From Perkinsus olseni (Eukaryota), in NCBI GenBank assembly GCA_013115125.1, contig JABANN010000200.1, positions 1 through 53,721 of the forward strand: DNA of 53,721 nt, read 5' to 3'. Shown piece by piece: positions 35,853-47,800 of the stretch; position 1 is the first letter of the stretch; each line of letters opens with the position of its first letter. Made by a program: the position numbers and the translations under genes. The notes beneath the pieces were generated by a model. It made no database searches. It was not told the DNA's origin and saw only the letters and a list, made by a program, of their open reading frames with translations.

Positions 35853-36119
35853 TGACCGGAAGTTCAACAGCTGACGGATGCTCGAGTCGTTTGATCCCGC
35901 GTTGAGATAAATCCATGGCACGAATATTCATGTCGTCGCCATGTGCCGTAGCGAAGACTAACCACGCAGTTCAAACTAGGGTCACGCTGGTCCATTCAAC
36001 GCAGAAAACTCATCTCCATGTCGGCACAGATACCGTGCAGGCGCGAGAGCGATTTCGCTGAGCCTACTGGTGAATCGAACATGAGCTCAGCGAAGCGTGA
36101 CAGTAGCGGGGATTCTGAG

Positions 36120-36148
36120 GAGGGGGAAATGTAGGACGCTCGAAGAAC
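36120..36148 (-). promoter_or_regulatory. 29-bp upstream element shared with 51953-51981
   Basis: GAGGGGGAAATGTAGGACGCTCGAAGAAC versus GAGGGGGAAATGTCAGACGCTCGAAGAAC (27/29 identical). Both lie upstream of family copies. Confidence 0.55.
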
Positions 36149-36384
36149 ACACCGAGCGAGCTTGAAAATATACTGCCTTGAAAATCTCCGTGCTTCAAGC
36201 AAGGATGGTTCGGCCTCCATCGGTGCCCTTGCCGGTAGCCTAGATGTGCTCACGAACATCGACTGCTACTTCGTCGTCGAGCAGCCACCGATCACCAGTG
36301 GCATACCGTGAGTTCGGAGTGCAACCCCGCCACTCGCAGGAGGAATTAACACACGAATCTTTCACCAGGGCGAGCGTCTTTGAC

Positions 36385-37324
36385 ATGCACGTACCTTTCA
36401 GTAACGCGCTCCGCGCCGCAGTGGTTCCTGTCACCACTCATGATGTGAGGAAGGCTATTTCGGCGAGAGGGGGGGTCTCGAATCACACTGGCAGAAGCCA
36501 AAAACATGGCCAAGCGTGTCTGCCGTCGGCGGCATTTAGTACGATGCCTTTATCCTCAAGGTTGAACGATTGTGTCCGAAGTTGCTGATCCCCGAAACGG
36601 GGACGCCGTTTGACTCGGTCCAGGGATTTCCCCCGCTGAATAAGACAGAAATGTATCTAAACGGTCTTGGACGTGGGAGTTACAGTTGTCTATACAGCAC
36701 CGGCGAGAATGAGTCGGACGAGCTGTTTGAAGTATCTCTCACAGGGAATATCTCAGTGGGACGTATGAATTGCCCCAAGACTGCTGAGCGGGAGGGGTTT
36801 TGGGCTAACGCACAGTGAGAACTAGGAGATAGCCCGTGTCTTTATCGTATCAGCCCTCCTTCATTTGCCTCAGATATGACAGATACAAAGCACATGGCGG
36901 AGAACTCTTCGTTTTTTATGGGGATATTCCTGCGAACACCAACCTAGATCTGCTCGAATTCCACGATGACCAGGCTCTTCGTGATATGTTGAACACCTTG
37001 GAAGAGAAAACAGAAGATGAGTTGCTCCCTGAAGCTCCTTTATTCGGTACTGAGCCAGCCTCCTTTACTGAACGCCGGAAGAAAGCTACTCCTAATAAAG
37101 TACCTCAGCAAAGTTGTATCTCTGCTCGTGAAGCCATACAGGAAAAATACATTACGTTTACGAGGATGTGCGACGAATACGACAGGAGGTTCATGGTTGC
37201 CAAACTCACCGCCAAAAGAACAGGCTGGTACTTCACCCCAAATGGAGGTACCACTTACATCTCCCAGATGGAGATTTACGATAGCGGATGGGGAATGAGG
37301 CCTGTAGGGAGAACCTCCAACTGA
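36385..37324 (+). CDS. Hypothetical protein (at least two long exons)
   Basis: Open exon YDAFILKVERLCPKLLIP..GFWANA|gtgag, joined to an exon ending MRPVGRTSN* at 37324. Start is uncertain. Confidence 0.45.
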
Positions 37325-39191
37325 GTGATTCTATAGACTGTAGAATCACTCACTGAATCACGAAAGAAAGATGTCTGGCTGTCTTGCGATGTTGTGTGGT
37401 GTTGATGACCGACAAATGTTGCGCTCGGCCAAGTACCAATATTACTACTCCGTCGAAACTCTCTTGAAGCGCAGAAACATAACGGAAATCGGGAGTAGAG
37501 TCCACTTAGTAGACAGGCTTAAGTCATATCGGGCGATTTTGAGGCATCCGGGCGGTCGGTAGCAGCCGGTCTTAGAGGTTCGCTCTGAGCGAACCACTCA
37601 TACATGTTGCGGGTTTTCGGCCTATAGCGATTCCGGCTTCCTCAGATTTATCGATGTGATCAGCTTGTGGGAATGATGCCTGCAGAGCCCAGCCTCTGTG
37701 GGCAATGATGTGCAATGGTATCATTTTGTTGCTTCAAAAGCGTCCGTGACGAAAGTCCTCCGACCAGGAAGCTTCCTTTCCCCCCACAGAATCCACTTAT
37801 GCATCCGTGCGTACTACGAACAATGAGAACTCTCCGAAACTAATCGTATGTGACTCGTAGCATCCGAGACGGAGCCGGTGGACGTGTTAGGGAGGCGGTG
37901 GCGAAGTTCACATAGGGATTTGCTGACTCTCCTAGTTCGCCCACTATATGAGTGAAATTATTTCAAGTTGATTCTCTCTGTCAAGCTGATATAGAAATTT
38001 GCAGGAAGGAGCGGCCGTCAACTCAGGGCGTCCATCAGTAAAAGACGACACGTTACCTGCCTTCCGAGAGAACTGAAGGCGAGATAATCCACCATAATTT
38101 TCTGTTCTCACCTCTCGCGGCTACAACGTCCCGCCGACGGCATCCTTGAAGCCCCGCCACTCGTGACCAAAACGACACGATCATCTTCATAATTCGTCAA
38201 CATCATGCAACTCAGTAGAGTGATGACGACGGGCAAGTGGCTTGCGTTTATATCGAGCTAATGCGGACGTAAGGACGGTCAGTAGATTCGGCAAGGGGGC
38301 GGTCTCTGCGGCCCTTCTCCGACGCCGAACGCAGCGAATGCTCGATACCCATATCGCCACAACCTGCGACGCATACAGTGAACGACTCAGCCTGATGGAT
38401 GTGCGAGAAGAGCCTCACAAATGAGGCCAAGATGAAGGCAAGTATGCCAGCGGAGAACGCGGTGATTTGCCGTGGGTATCTTAGCCTTGGAATTGCACGC
38501 TCAACGAGACACTGCTCGCCATCGACTATGGTATCTCTGGGAGGGCCCTGAGGATCGCGCAAAAGTGATTGAGCAATGCGGAAGGGTAGCTGGTACTCGA
38601 AATGAGCGTGCGGCGGCGAGGCAGTTTCCTGTTGATTTGTCGAAGGCACAGGCAAGTCTGCGGGGATTTGGCCAATTTATACCACTCACGAGGCACGCAC
38701 GACCTGCAAACAAAGTCCCACGGAAGCTAACTAACGGTGTGCGGAGCAGGAAGTTCCCGCCAGAAACGACGTGGTCATGCGAGCAAGAGTATCCTGCAGT
38801 TCCACATCGTGAACGGAAGTTCTTTCCTTTTACACTGATGGGCCCATTGTTTGCATCCTACGTCCCTGGGATGGACCACTGTAGTCGCCATTGTGAGAGT
38901 CCCCGAAATGAGTAAATCGCCGAAAGTTCTGAGAGCCATTGGGTCAACGGGCCGAAGACTCCCGCCGGGAGAAGCTTGAGGCGTCGACTTAGCAGTACTT
39001 TAGTCGGCTAAGCTATCTTTTGTGTTCAAGTCACTCCGCAAGACTTTGACCCGCGTAAGATTGCAGCAGAGGCTATCTCTTCCAGGGGGTGGTCTCCAGT
39101 GTAGAAAAATACTCCAAACCCGAATCGAATACACTCGTTGTGAAGGGAAGCCGTAAAGCTAAAGGAGCATATATAACATCAACATCTGAGT

Positions 39192-39658
39192 GAGGTTCAC
39201 TAGCGCTGCAGCGCTAGAAGGTCTGGAAGGCCGAAGCTTACATGATAGAACCTCTAGCCAGAAGGTGCCAAGGCTAGTTCCCGGGGACTTGGAGCCGTCG
39301 GATTGGGCTATGAAATGACATCAACTCGAACTCCTTCTGGTAGCACGACGTTCACCCGATCACGGCAGACAATCGCCCCTAGGGGACGCCGGCGGTGGGA
39401 TCCGCCTCAAGGCGAGTTTGTCATTTCTATTCCTCCTTAAACGGGGCCACAGTGTCCCTCAGGGGAATCAACCAGCGCTCGCATCATGGGAGCATGCGAC
39501 TCGCCGCGAGGCGAGGTAGAATCGCTCCGCCGTGACCAATGGTGAGTGAATTGTGGTGGCTAGACCGGAAATGCTGAGTCTCTCTCGGCCATAGGAATGA
39601 GAGAAGCAGCTTCTCAGAAGCTAGAGAGTCTCTAGTAGAGACGAGAGCATCGGGCCTC
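39192..39658. ncRNA. Candidate structured RNA or foldback element (unassigned)
   Basis: ORF-poor block with many nested stems, an 18-bp perfect palindrome at 39200-39217 and TATATAA at 39170-39176. No known RNA family recognised. Confidence 0.25.
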
Positions 39659-40009
39659 GTTATTTAACAGGAAGTCATCTACCACTATTCCACCAACTCA
39701 CTTACGCAACATATCATATTAAACAGCATCAACAAGAGGCATAACAAGACAACAGCCACAGTGCACAGTGTGTAGTGCACACGAGCCTCTGATGTAGGAC
39801 AGCGTATTTCCGTCTAAACGCCTCCATTCAGCAGCTGGAGACAATGGAAAGACTGGTAAAGGTCCAGCGGAGTCTAGTGGCTCATCAAGATGGATACGAT
39901 ATCACATGGGAATTGACGTGATTTGCATTCCTCCACTTCGCTTAGCGCGATATTTTTTACCTGAGGATGTATCTTCGCTAAGCTCTGGATAGCGAAGACA
40001 GTGCAAGTC

Positions 40010-40987
40010 TTACTTTACGTCGCCCGGAACTTTGGTTTTGAGGACGAATTCATCAGGCAGCCCGCGATCCCACAGGCCCAGCGTGGTGCGACTGATGCTC
40101 CTTCTGCCATGTTCTTCCACATTGCATAGCGCACGTGAATAATCATCAGAAGCAGGCTTTGGACTCTTCCTACGCGAAGAAAGTCTTTTTCTCAGGCTCT
40201 GCGTCTTCGTCACCTCGGACTTTTCGAGAATTACGATTGAGGTAGACTGCTGATCGTCTGGCGCGGCGTTGACGATAGTAATTACCCCGCCGCAGAGGGG
40301 GTAATACATAACCTGGGCATCCGCCTCGCCGAGCTTCTCGGCAAGCAGATCTGCGTCTTTTACCGTTCCCCTACGGAACTTCATCTCAAGTCTCGTTTGC
40401 TTTCTGTTACCAATGTAGATGCCGTTCAGGGTCGATAAGCTGGGGGAAGGCTTAAGCGCTGTGAAGCCCTTCGCACATATCTCCTCTAATTCTTGTTTCA
40501 CAGGCAGGCCGAGTTCTTCCATATCAATTTCCCCACCAGTATGGAAGGTAGTTGTCCATAGCTTCACTTCATCGAAGCAACGCCCATCCGAAACAACGTC
40601 AGCAAAGTATTCTGAGGTCTCCCCATTCTGCACCCGTACAATCCTAGTCTTGGTAACCGTCTTGTTGTAGCGTTTCAATGAGTTGTGCGGTGCGTACTCG
40701 TACGCGCAGATATTCCTCTTCTTTGGTTTGCGATCGCGGCTCATAGCCTTCCTATGCAGTTCGACCTCCTTTTCGCTCAAACCACGGCACATGTAATCGT
40801 CGGTGGTAAAGATTGCTGCCGAGCCGTGTGGAAGAAAAAAGTACTCCGCATCACCGTCCACTCCATCAGCCACCTTAGCGTACAAGACTTCCGTCTCTCT
40901 GTACACGCGAGGCGCGGAGTACGCTGGGATGGAGCTCAGGCTGACATACAGAAGAACGTTCATAACGAAAGGCATAGAGAGAATCAT
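40010..40987 (-). CDS. Unrecognised secreted-protein family, copy 5
   Basis: Start at MILSMPFVMNVLLYVSLS by homology; RETEVLYAKV, EYFFLPH, GETSEY, EICAKGFTALKPSPSLSTLNG, YYPLC and LCNVEEHGRR..WD. Confidence 0.85.
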   Translation of the reverse strand: MILSMPFVMNVLLYVSLSSIPAYSAPRVYRETEVLYAKVADGVDGDAEYFFLPHGSAAIFTTDDYMCRGLSEKEVELHRKAMSRDRKPKKRNICAYEYAPHNSLKRYNKTVTKTRIVRVQNGETSEYFADVVSDGRCFDEVKLWTTTFHTGGEIDMEELGLPVKQELEEICAKGFTALKPSPSLSTLNGIYIGNRKQTRLEMKFRRGTVKDADLLAEKLGEADAQVMYYPLCGGVITIVNAAPDDQQSTSIVILEKSEVTKTQSLRKRLSSRRKSPKPASDDYSRALCNVEEHGRRSISRTTLGLWDRGLPDEFVLKTKVPGDVK

Positions 40988-41642
40988 GAACTGAATCACG
41001 GACAGCAAGGCAACGATGTGTCCAATGTAGCTTACGTCATCCACCTGTCTCTGGAGACGCCACATTCTAAAAAACACGTGATGGAGGCACCAACTGAACT
41101 TGTCTATTTCCGTCCAGAGCAGCAGCCCAGCCCGGAGTGCGTGGTGCGCGGACGGAGGGCAGACTCGAGCAGTTGGGATTTGATCATCCATAGGTCCCGA
41201 TATTTTGGGACCGGCTGGCAAGGTACACTGAAATTCGGTCCATCTTGCCAGCCGATCTCAAAATGGAACTTGCAATTTTGCAAAGCAGAATGAACTCCTC
41301 CTCCCTTGCATCATCTTGCAATGCTTATGTCGCTGATCCTATCTTGATCCGATAAGAAGCTACGCTGAAGCTAGGCTAAGTGGCGGACGATCAGAAGAAA
41401 GCAGGCGGAAGGATGGATTTCAGATGAGTAGTCGGTGCAAAGGCTATGAATCTAATCATCAAAAGCTTGGTGATGATTCGCCACGCGGATCCGGAACTAT
41501 CGGAATCGTCTTTCGAATACACTGTGCCCTGCAAAAACCGATGACGAGCCTCAGCAACCCACCCCGTTGCTGCATCACGCAAAAGCACCAAAATAATCAC
41601 AGAAACTGCTGCACAGAAAGCGGAACATGGGCACAAAAAGAA

Positions 41643-43683
41643 TCAATCCTCGTCAAATCGCTTCTGCCGTTGCTTCTCTCTGTCGATGCGCCTGACCTTC
41701 GTGGCTCCCCTCTTCCCCTTCTTATGGACAACATCGTAGCCGCTAGGGCCCTCCGACCTGAACAAGCGTCGACCAGTGAAGGACTCTCCCTCAGCTTACT
41801 TCTTCGGAGGGAGTGCAAACTCTGGACCCATGCTGGTGAAATTCTGAGGTAGATGCCGCATACTCGTGTGGCCCGGTCGTACAACTCCACCGTCGCCCAG
41901 CAGCTCGGCGTCCTCAGCCAGCCAAGCATCCGGCCCTTTCGGCGCTACGAATAGGAGGGACGATTCCTCGTCGAAACAAATACCTCCTTCCCCATGGGGA
42001 AGAGTGAAGAGATCGTCAACTACGTGACCAACTCGAAGTCCTCGACTTATCTTCTCATTGGCCTCACTAGGAGGAGTTACTCCGAGCACGTCCGGCCAAA
42101 TATTCAATTTCCAGTATATGACTAGCATGCCGTCTTTCTTGGGGTCAGCGGTCTGTTCACACGCCAAGTTGCCAGCACCTCCCAGTACTGTTGAATCGTA
42201 ATAAGCAATCCTCGACACCATTCCGGAGAGCCTCTCTCCCGCCGGTATTCTCCGCGGAGACACCGTCGGGGAGTGTTCCCTGTTCAACTTTGGGTACACT
42301 GACGTGAACAACCTAGACCGGTCGACGATGTAGTCGTCAGCCATCGCAGAGTCCGCCACGAGCAGCCTTTTGTGCTGCTTTCTCCGCAACGCTAGAAGAC
42401 CTCCACAGGCGCTCTCCTGATGGATGTGGTACCGCTTGCAGAGGCTCGAAAGTGAGACATCAGCGATGCCATAATCTGATTGGCAGGGCAGTCTCACACC
42501 AAGCAGGTGCCTTACATCGCCTCACCTCCAGCTTTGCCAGACATCTCCTCAAGCACCCAACCAGCGACTAGAGTGTCGTAAACATTCTGAATTTGCGCAG
42601 CATCACCATCACCATCAACAACAAGGCCACTGCAGAGATCCCTCGAGTCGTGCATGACCTGTTGAGCGATGAGATACCGAATGAACTACTGCAACCACGC
42701 AGTGCTAGGGCCAACTTAGGATGCGCTACATATCGCTGTTGTTAATTCTACCAATGGACTGCGTAGAAGTTAGACTTTGAAGGATCCAAGTACGAGAGAC
42801 GAGTACAAGCCGAGTTGTTATCGACGGTTCGTCGCCTCCACGTTACCTTCAGAATGCTAGGCTCCCACAGTATTGGTCTGAGGAGGTCTAGGTCGTCCAC
42901 TAGAGCCACGCCGCCTCTACTAGCCACCGTAATGTCACCACTTTCCTGTACTGCCCTGAAAAAGCGGCGAGCTCATCGGTTGCCATGGGGAGCAGCCCGT
43001 CGATCACCGTGATTAACAGAGGCCAACTTATGGATTGGTCTCCGATATTTTCGGATGGTTTGATTCATAGTCGATAAGAGAGGTTTTCAATGAGCTCGGA
43101 GCGCACTTCTACAGAGACGCCAGAATACATCGATTCCAAGTCTGGCTATGAGCCAGGCCGCTCCCCTCGCCCACCTGTTGATGTGGTGTTGATAGCGGAT
43201 AGCGATGGGAGGCCACCCACCATCGACTTGCAGGACCTTCTCCAACTGTGCTAGCGAAGTCACCCTGTGAACGGGAAGCCGCAGTCCTGCACGCCGAAGA
43301 CCGGCGGCACATATGGGCATACAATCTGATGAGCTTGGCAACTGCATAATCATCGGGAGGAGGACGCAATGGTAATTGCAGGACAGTAAGCTGATGCCCC
43401 ACGACCGACTCCCTATAGGAGAACAGCGACAGCAACATAGGCCCAACGCACGCGTTTTCGGCACGGAGCGTCCGAATCGATTCGTCCAGAATCCAGAACG
43501 GCCTTCAGAAAGGAGAGGGGGATCACCGTCATTCAATAATGCCACTATAGCACAGAGGGTGAGCCGCTCACCGTGAGCGGTGGATGCTTGCGACGACCGC
43601 GTCCTTCTCGACAGGAAAAGGTAAAACGCTCGAAGAGCAAAGCGGGAATTCGCCTCGGCAATCGAGACTATTCGAGCGCGCAT
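41643..43683 (-). CDS. EXD1/Egalitarian-like DEDDy 3'-5' exonuclease-domain protein, multi-exon
   Basis: Spliced LLRPILWEPSILK|VMHDSRDL..IQNVYDTLVA..VSLSSLCKRY resembles the LKxILExxxILKVxHD..NVFDTxVA..SLxxL pattern; IAYYDSTVL is a possible Exo III motif. The last exon ends KRFDED* at 41643. The 5' exons are tentative. Confidence 0.6.
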
Positions 43684-44139
43684 GCCTCCATATGCACTCG
43701 ACTAAGATTGGTACACCTTCTATGCCATCAGCCCTGACGGGCCTTCTCAGATTATCGTTGTTTCCCGGGGAACTGACTATTGCTTCCTTGTTACTATTCA
43801 GTCCCATCTGATGGGTAAGCGCGTGTCATTCGGCATCCAACCCTGCATTGCTGTGAACAGTAAGGTTCAAATCGCGCACCACTCACAACACAACAGCCCT
43901 CAGAAAAACCGATCACCACATTATCACAAAGCGATGAAGGATAACAAATCTATCAGGCCCGGAGCGTAAAGACTCCTCCAGGACCCGACTCTATCTGTGA
44001 AGCCACAGTTGCTGGCCTTGCTCACACGAGGTTATAATCACAATTGGTGATGATGGCCTGCCGTAGTCACTCTACGCGGCCTATCAAAACTTATCAAATA
44101 TTAGCATAATCGTTACGATAACAATAGTAGTTCTTCCGT

Positions 44140-47100
44140 TTAATTATCACACGTATTCACAGGCTGGTTGCTAGTCCACCTTCTCAGCCGTATCGATGCA
44201 TTCACACTGGTCGCCTGTATACTTCCCGGCGGCGATGTGGTTGTTGTTCTCTCTGTGGCTTCAGCCGAGGCAATCGACACCGGAGAGGGCCGTGGGAATG
44301 GATGCGCCGCCATGCTCGTGGCAGCCCCACGTCCCCCTCGATTCGTTATGAACAGCTTTCGCTCTATGAAACTGTCAAGACTTTCGCTGAATGTGCTGAA
44401 GCCATACCGACCTGAGGGAATCACATAATCACACCAATTCCGATTCGGTGGGTTGTGGACTAAGATTCGTCCCTCAACTCAGTTGTACGGCTACGTCAAA
44501 GAATTGGGTCGTTCCCAGATGGAACCGCCGAATCCGGCGTCCGCAAAAGAGGGTAAAGAGTCTCGCGTATAAGCACAAACCTACGAACAAGTGTAGGAGT
44601 TATTGAAATTCTTGAGGAGTCTAGCGTTTCGGCGGCACCGTTCACCCACGAGTGCTTTCTGGGTCAAGAGAGCCTTACAATAAAATAAATAATAATATCG
44701 GTACTTTTAACAATACAGCGCTCTGGTGCTACCGTTTCTCTTCGATCCCCGTGAACTTACTCTCCAGTCGCTCCAATGCCATGGCCCCCATGCCCTCGAG
44801 TATCCCAACTGGTGTATGATGAAGTAGGGCGGCAAGGGCTACACCCAGGCCCTGAGCTGAGGGAGGGTCCACCACACAGCCGGCATCTGCACGGAGCACG
44901 CGTGGTATCAAAGGAACCTTCGCCTACTCGACCCACTTATATTGATAAGACTTTCTGTATCCTGCCGACCCCGTGTCGAAACAACAGGTCTTCCTCCACC
45001 CATCAGACGCATCAGCATGGCTGGATCCGTGGTGTCGAGGGGCGTGTAGACGCCCACCGTTGCACTGAAAACTGGGTTGTGAATCACTGTCACCCAGCGA
45101 CTCTAAGGCCTCTCTCTCACTGATAGCAGAGCCAGTCTAGTTCGGGGCTGTTCCACGATAAGGGCAACATCTTCACGTCGTCATCCGCATTGAGACACAT
45201 CGCGGTTACTTCGTTCTCTAACAAGGCCGCCAGTTCCTCCATGGATCGGTCCCTGAACGTGAAGTTCATCGACGCCCTGAGTGAGCCGAGCGTCGACTCA
45301 GTTCAGTGGGATTCCACACGAACGAAGTGGCGTAGTCTACTACCCCTCTCGCTGATGGCCTCTTGTGAAGGTGGAAAGTCCGTAACCATCGGGAGAATCT
45401 TCGCAACAAGCGAGCACCAAACGGGGAGGTGGTAGACCTGCTAGGTGCCACAGATTGGCGTTCACCGTGAGTCCTTCGAGCCCTACCCGCAGCAACTGCC
45501 ACTGGATCGGAGGTCACCGGCGATGAATGCACGCATCCAGTGGAACCCTCTTCCTGAAGACGATCCACTACAACAAGGATGATACCAAAACATGCTCACA
45601 TGCTCCGAAGGCGGTTCACTATCACCACTGCCAAGAGAGGCATCCCTATCATCCTGATACACCCCGGCCACGGTGTCCAGGAAGGATATCGCATCCGATG
45701 ATACTGGAGAGATCACCGCAGCCGCCGACGCTAGTGTACTCGCCGGCCCCGACGATCTAGACGTTGTGTTGTGCACGACTTCGACCCCTGAGGAGACGAG
45801 TATGTGGCTTCGGAAGCCTTTGTAAAAGTAGCGGCCATTCCACCTTCCATACTCCCATAACGAATTATACAGTCAGTGACAAGTCCACACGTCTACAGCT
45901 TCTCTACTTAGGAATTCGATCTGGCAATTTTGGCGGGTCAAGTAAGCCGGGACAGGACGCAGTGATAAACAAGTGTAATATCACACCATATCATGACCGT
46001 TCATCAATGAAGCCGCAGAGACTCATATCAAGCAGAAGTATTTCAACGTGGAGGAGATACACGAAATTTGGTCGGTGCAACGAGTGCTATCCCGCCGCTT
46101 ACCCAACGCCTTATTGACCGGTAGTAATCGACTAGGGTTGTGGTAATAGTGCCTACGAAGTGAAGCACTCGGTGACTAGCAAGGATCGCTCGCTCCATGG
46201 GCGTACGCGTATCCATCGACCGCCAAGCTGATCTCATCCGATCTGGACGGATTGACGATTGCAAGGATGAACCTAAGATACTTCGATACCGTGAGGTCCT
46301 TCAGACGACCCTTCAGAGCCATGCCAGTGCACCGTGTTGTTAACCACGCCAAAATATATGTCACGGAGCTCAACATCTACCAACGTATCATGTGAGAATT
46401 CCAGGCTAAATCAAAGCAACAACCGTAACGGGCTATAAAGAGAATTCTTCCACTAAACCACGCGGCATCTTCAGCGTATTGCATATACCTTCATTACAGA
46501 CTATAAAATGAGGCCGCTACGCCACGTGGCAAAAACGCCTCAGACCGTATACTTTACAGCAGGAGTGAGCGTACAGCAGACCCTTTTATCCCAGCGTCTG
46601 GGAGCCCTCTAAAAGACACCGCTCGGGCTTGAGTTTCCGTTAACCACGCTCCTGCTCGGCATCTAACTATATCTCGCGCATCGCGCGAACGGGGTGTCAT
46701 CTCCGCTACGCAGCGCAACATAACCCGCATTACGCCTTACGACACTTGTGTCGAGCCTAACGTTGTTGTCTTGCAAGCGCCTCATCAAAGGTTTAGCCCA
46801 CCCCCTTACGGTCGGTCTCCAAGCTCAGCACTCAAAGCGCGATCAACTTCCACTAGAGATCGTCGATTCATACAGTGTCCACGACCTTCCACAGGACGAT
46901 ACGCAACCTGCATAACGACCACTCGGTGGTGGTCAAGTGTGCCGTAAATCCATGCTACCATGATGTCTCGAATCCTTCTTCCGTAGCACGACTCGCACCA
47001 TTCCCTCCGGGGCTCGCTGTCTACTATGATCGCTGACGCGTAGGTGACGACTAGCCTCTCATACATCCTCTGGCACTTCCGACTTGGACACATCCTGCCG

Positions 47101-47800
47101 AAGTCACTCAAGGGAACGATCGAGCAATCTGGTCACCGCCAGACTAGCTTCATCAAAGTAAGCATACCTTCCATCAATGTGGCGCCCATCGCTGCGACCA
47201 GAGCACCAACAGTATATAAGGGGTAGGCCACAGAGGGACAAAGGAAAGAGGACGACCGTCGACAGATCCACCGAACGATCTGCTGTCTGAAGCGACCAGC
47301 GTCGGAAGGCGCAAGCGGCGCAGTAGTGTACTCACATTATACAGCATGATTGCGTCGTAGTAGTAAGAGGCGATGAACATTCTTACTGTCATACACAAGG
47401 CCCGGAGGAACAGGACAATCATGCCCATGATTGGGTGGGGTACGAGCAAAAGCAGTCCTGCAAGAAGCACGTGAACGACACTGCTGCCACAGGTGCTAAG
47501 GTCGTACTTAAAATGCCGATGTCGCACTCACAATACTCAGGCGAGGGTGAATCTGCGGAGAAGGGATGCTCTCAAAAACTTAGCGGCAGCTAGGCGACGG
47601 CAGGGGTTCTTCTTACCTTTGACTCTTCTTAGGGGAGCTTTCGTGCAATACACCGTCACGGAGTGCCCCTGGCAGCACAGACCATCGGCAGTATCCAATG
47701 CATGGAGCGGGATATCTAATACTATGACAATACCTAAGTCGCGCTCAGAGAACGTCACTCACCTTGTTGTGGGCAGATCATTGCGATACGCAGCCGAGAG
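44140..47800 (-). other. Large spliced, possibly decaying, minus-strand gene
   Basis: Many ag|exon|gt blocks (DTLVDVELRDIYFGVVNNT|FILAIVNP; VVDPPSAQGLGVALAALLHHTPVGILEG), but I could not build a continuous frame. Confidence 0.3.

Noticed and set aside
38242-38915. Overlapping 60-147 aa ORFs as a transposon or gene remnant
   Set aside because: No RT, integrase or transposase motifs, and no consistent frame or splice pattern.
39192-39840. Assignment of the structured block to RNase P, RNase MRP, SRP or telomerase RNA
   Set aside because: Partial look-alikes exist (GAAGGTCTG; AAGTCCCCGG on the minus strand), but matching CR-V, SRP helix 8 or a telomere template could not be found.
40685-41293. 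Long antisense ORFs over the family and protease genes (e.g. this 202-aa one)
   Set aside because: Shadows of the real minus-strand genes; their apparent conservation follows the opposite-strand protein.
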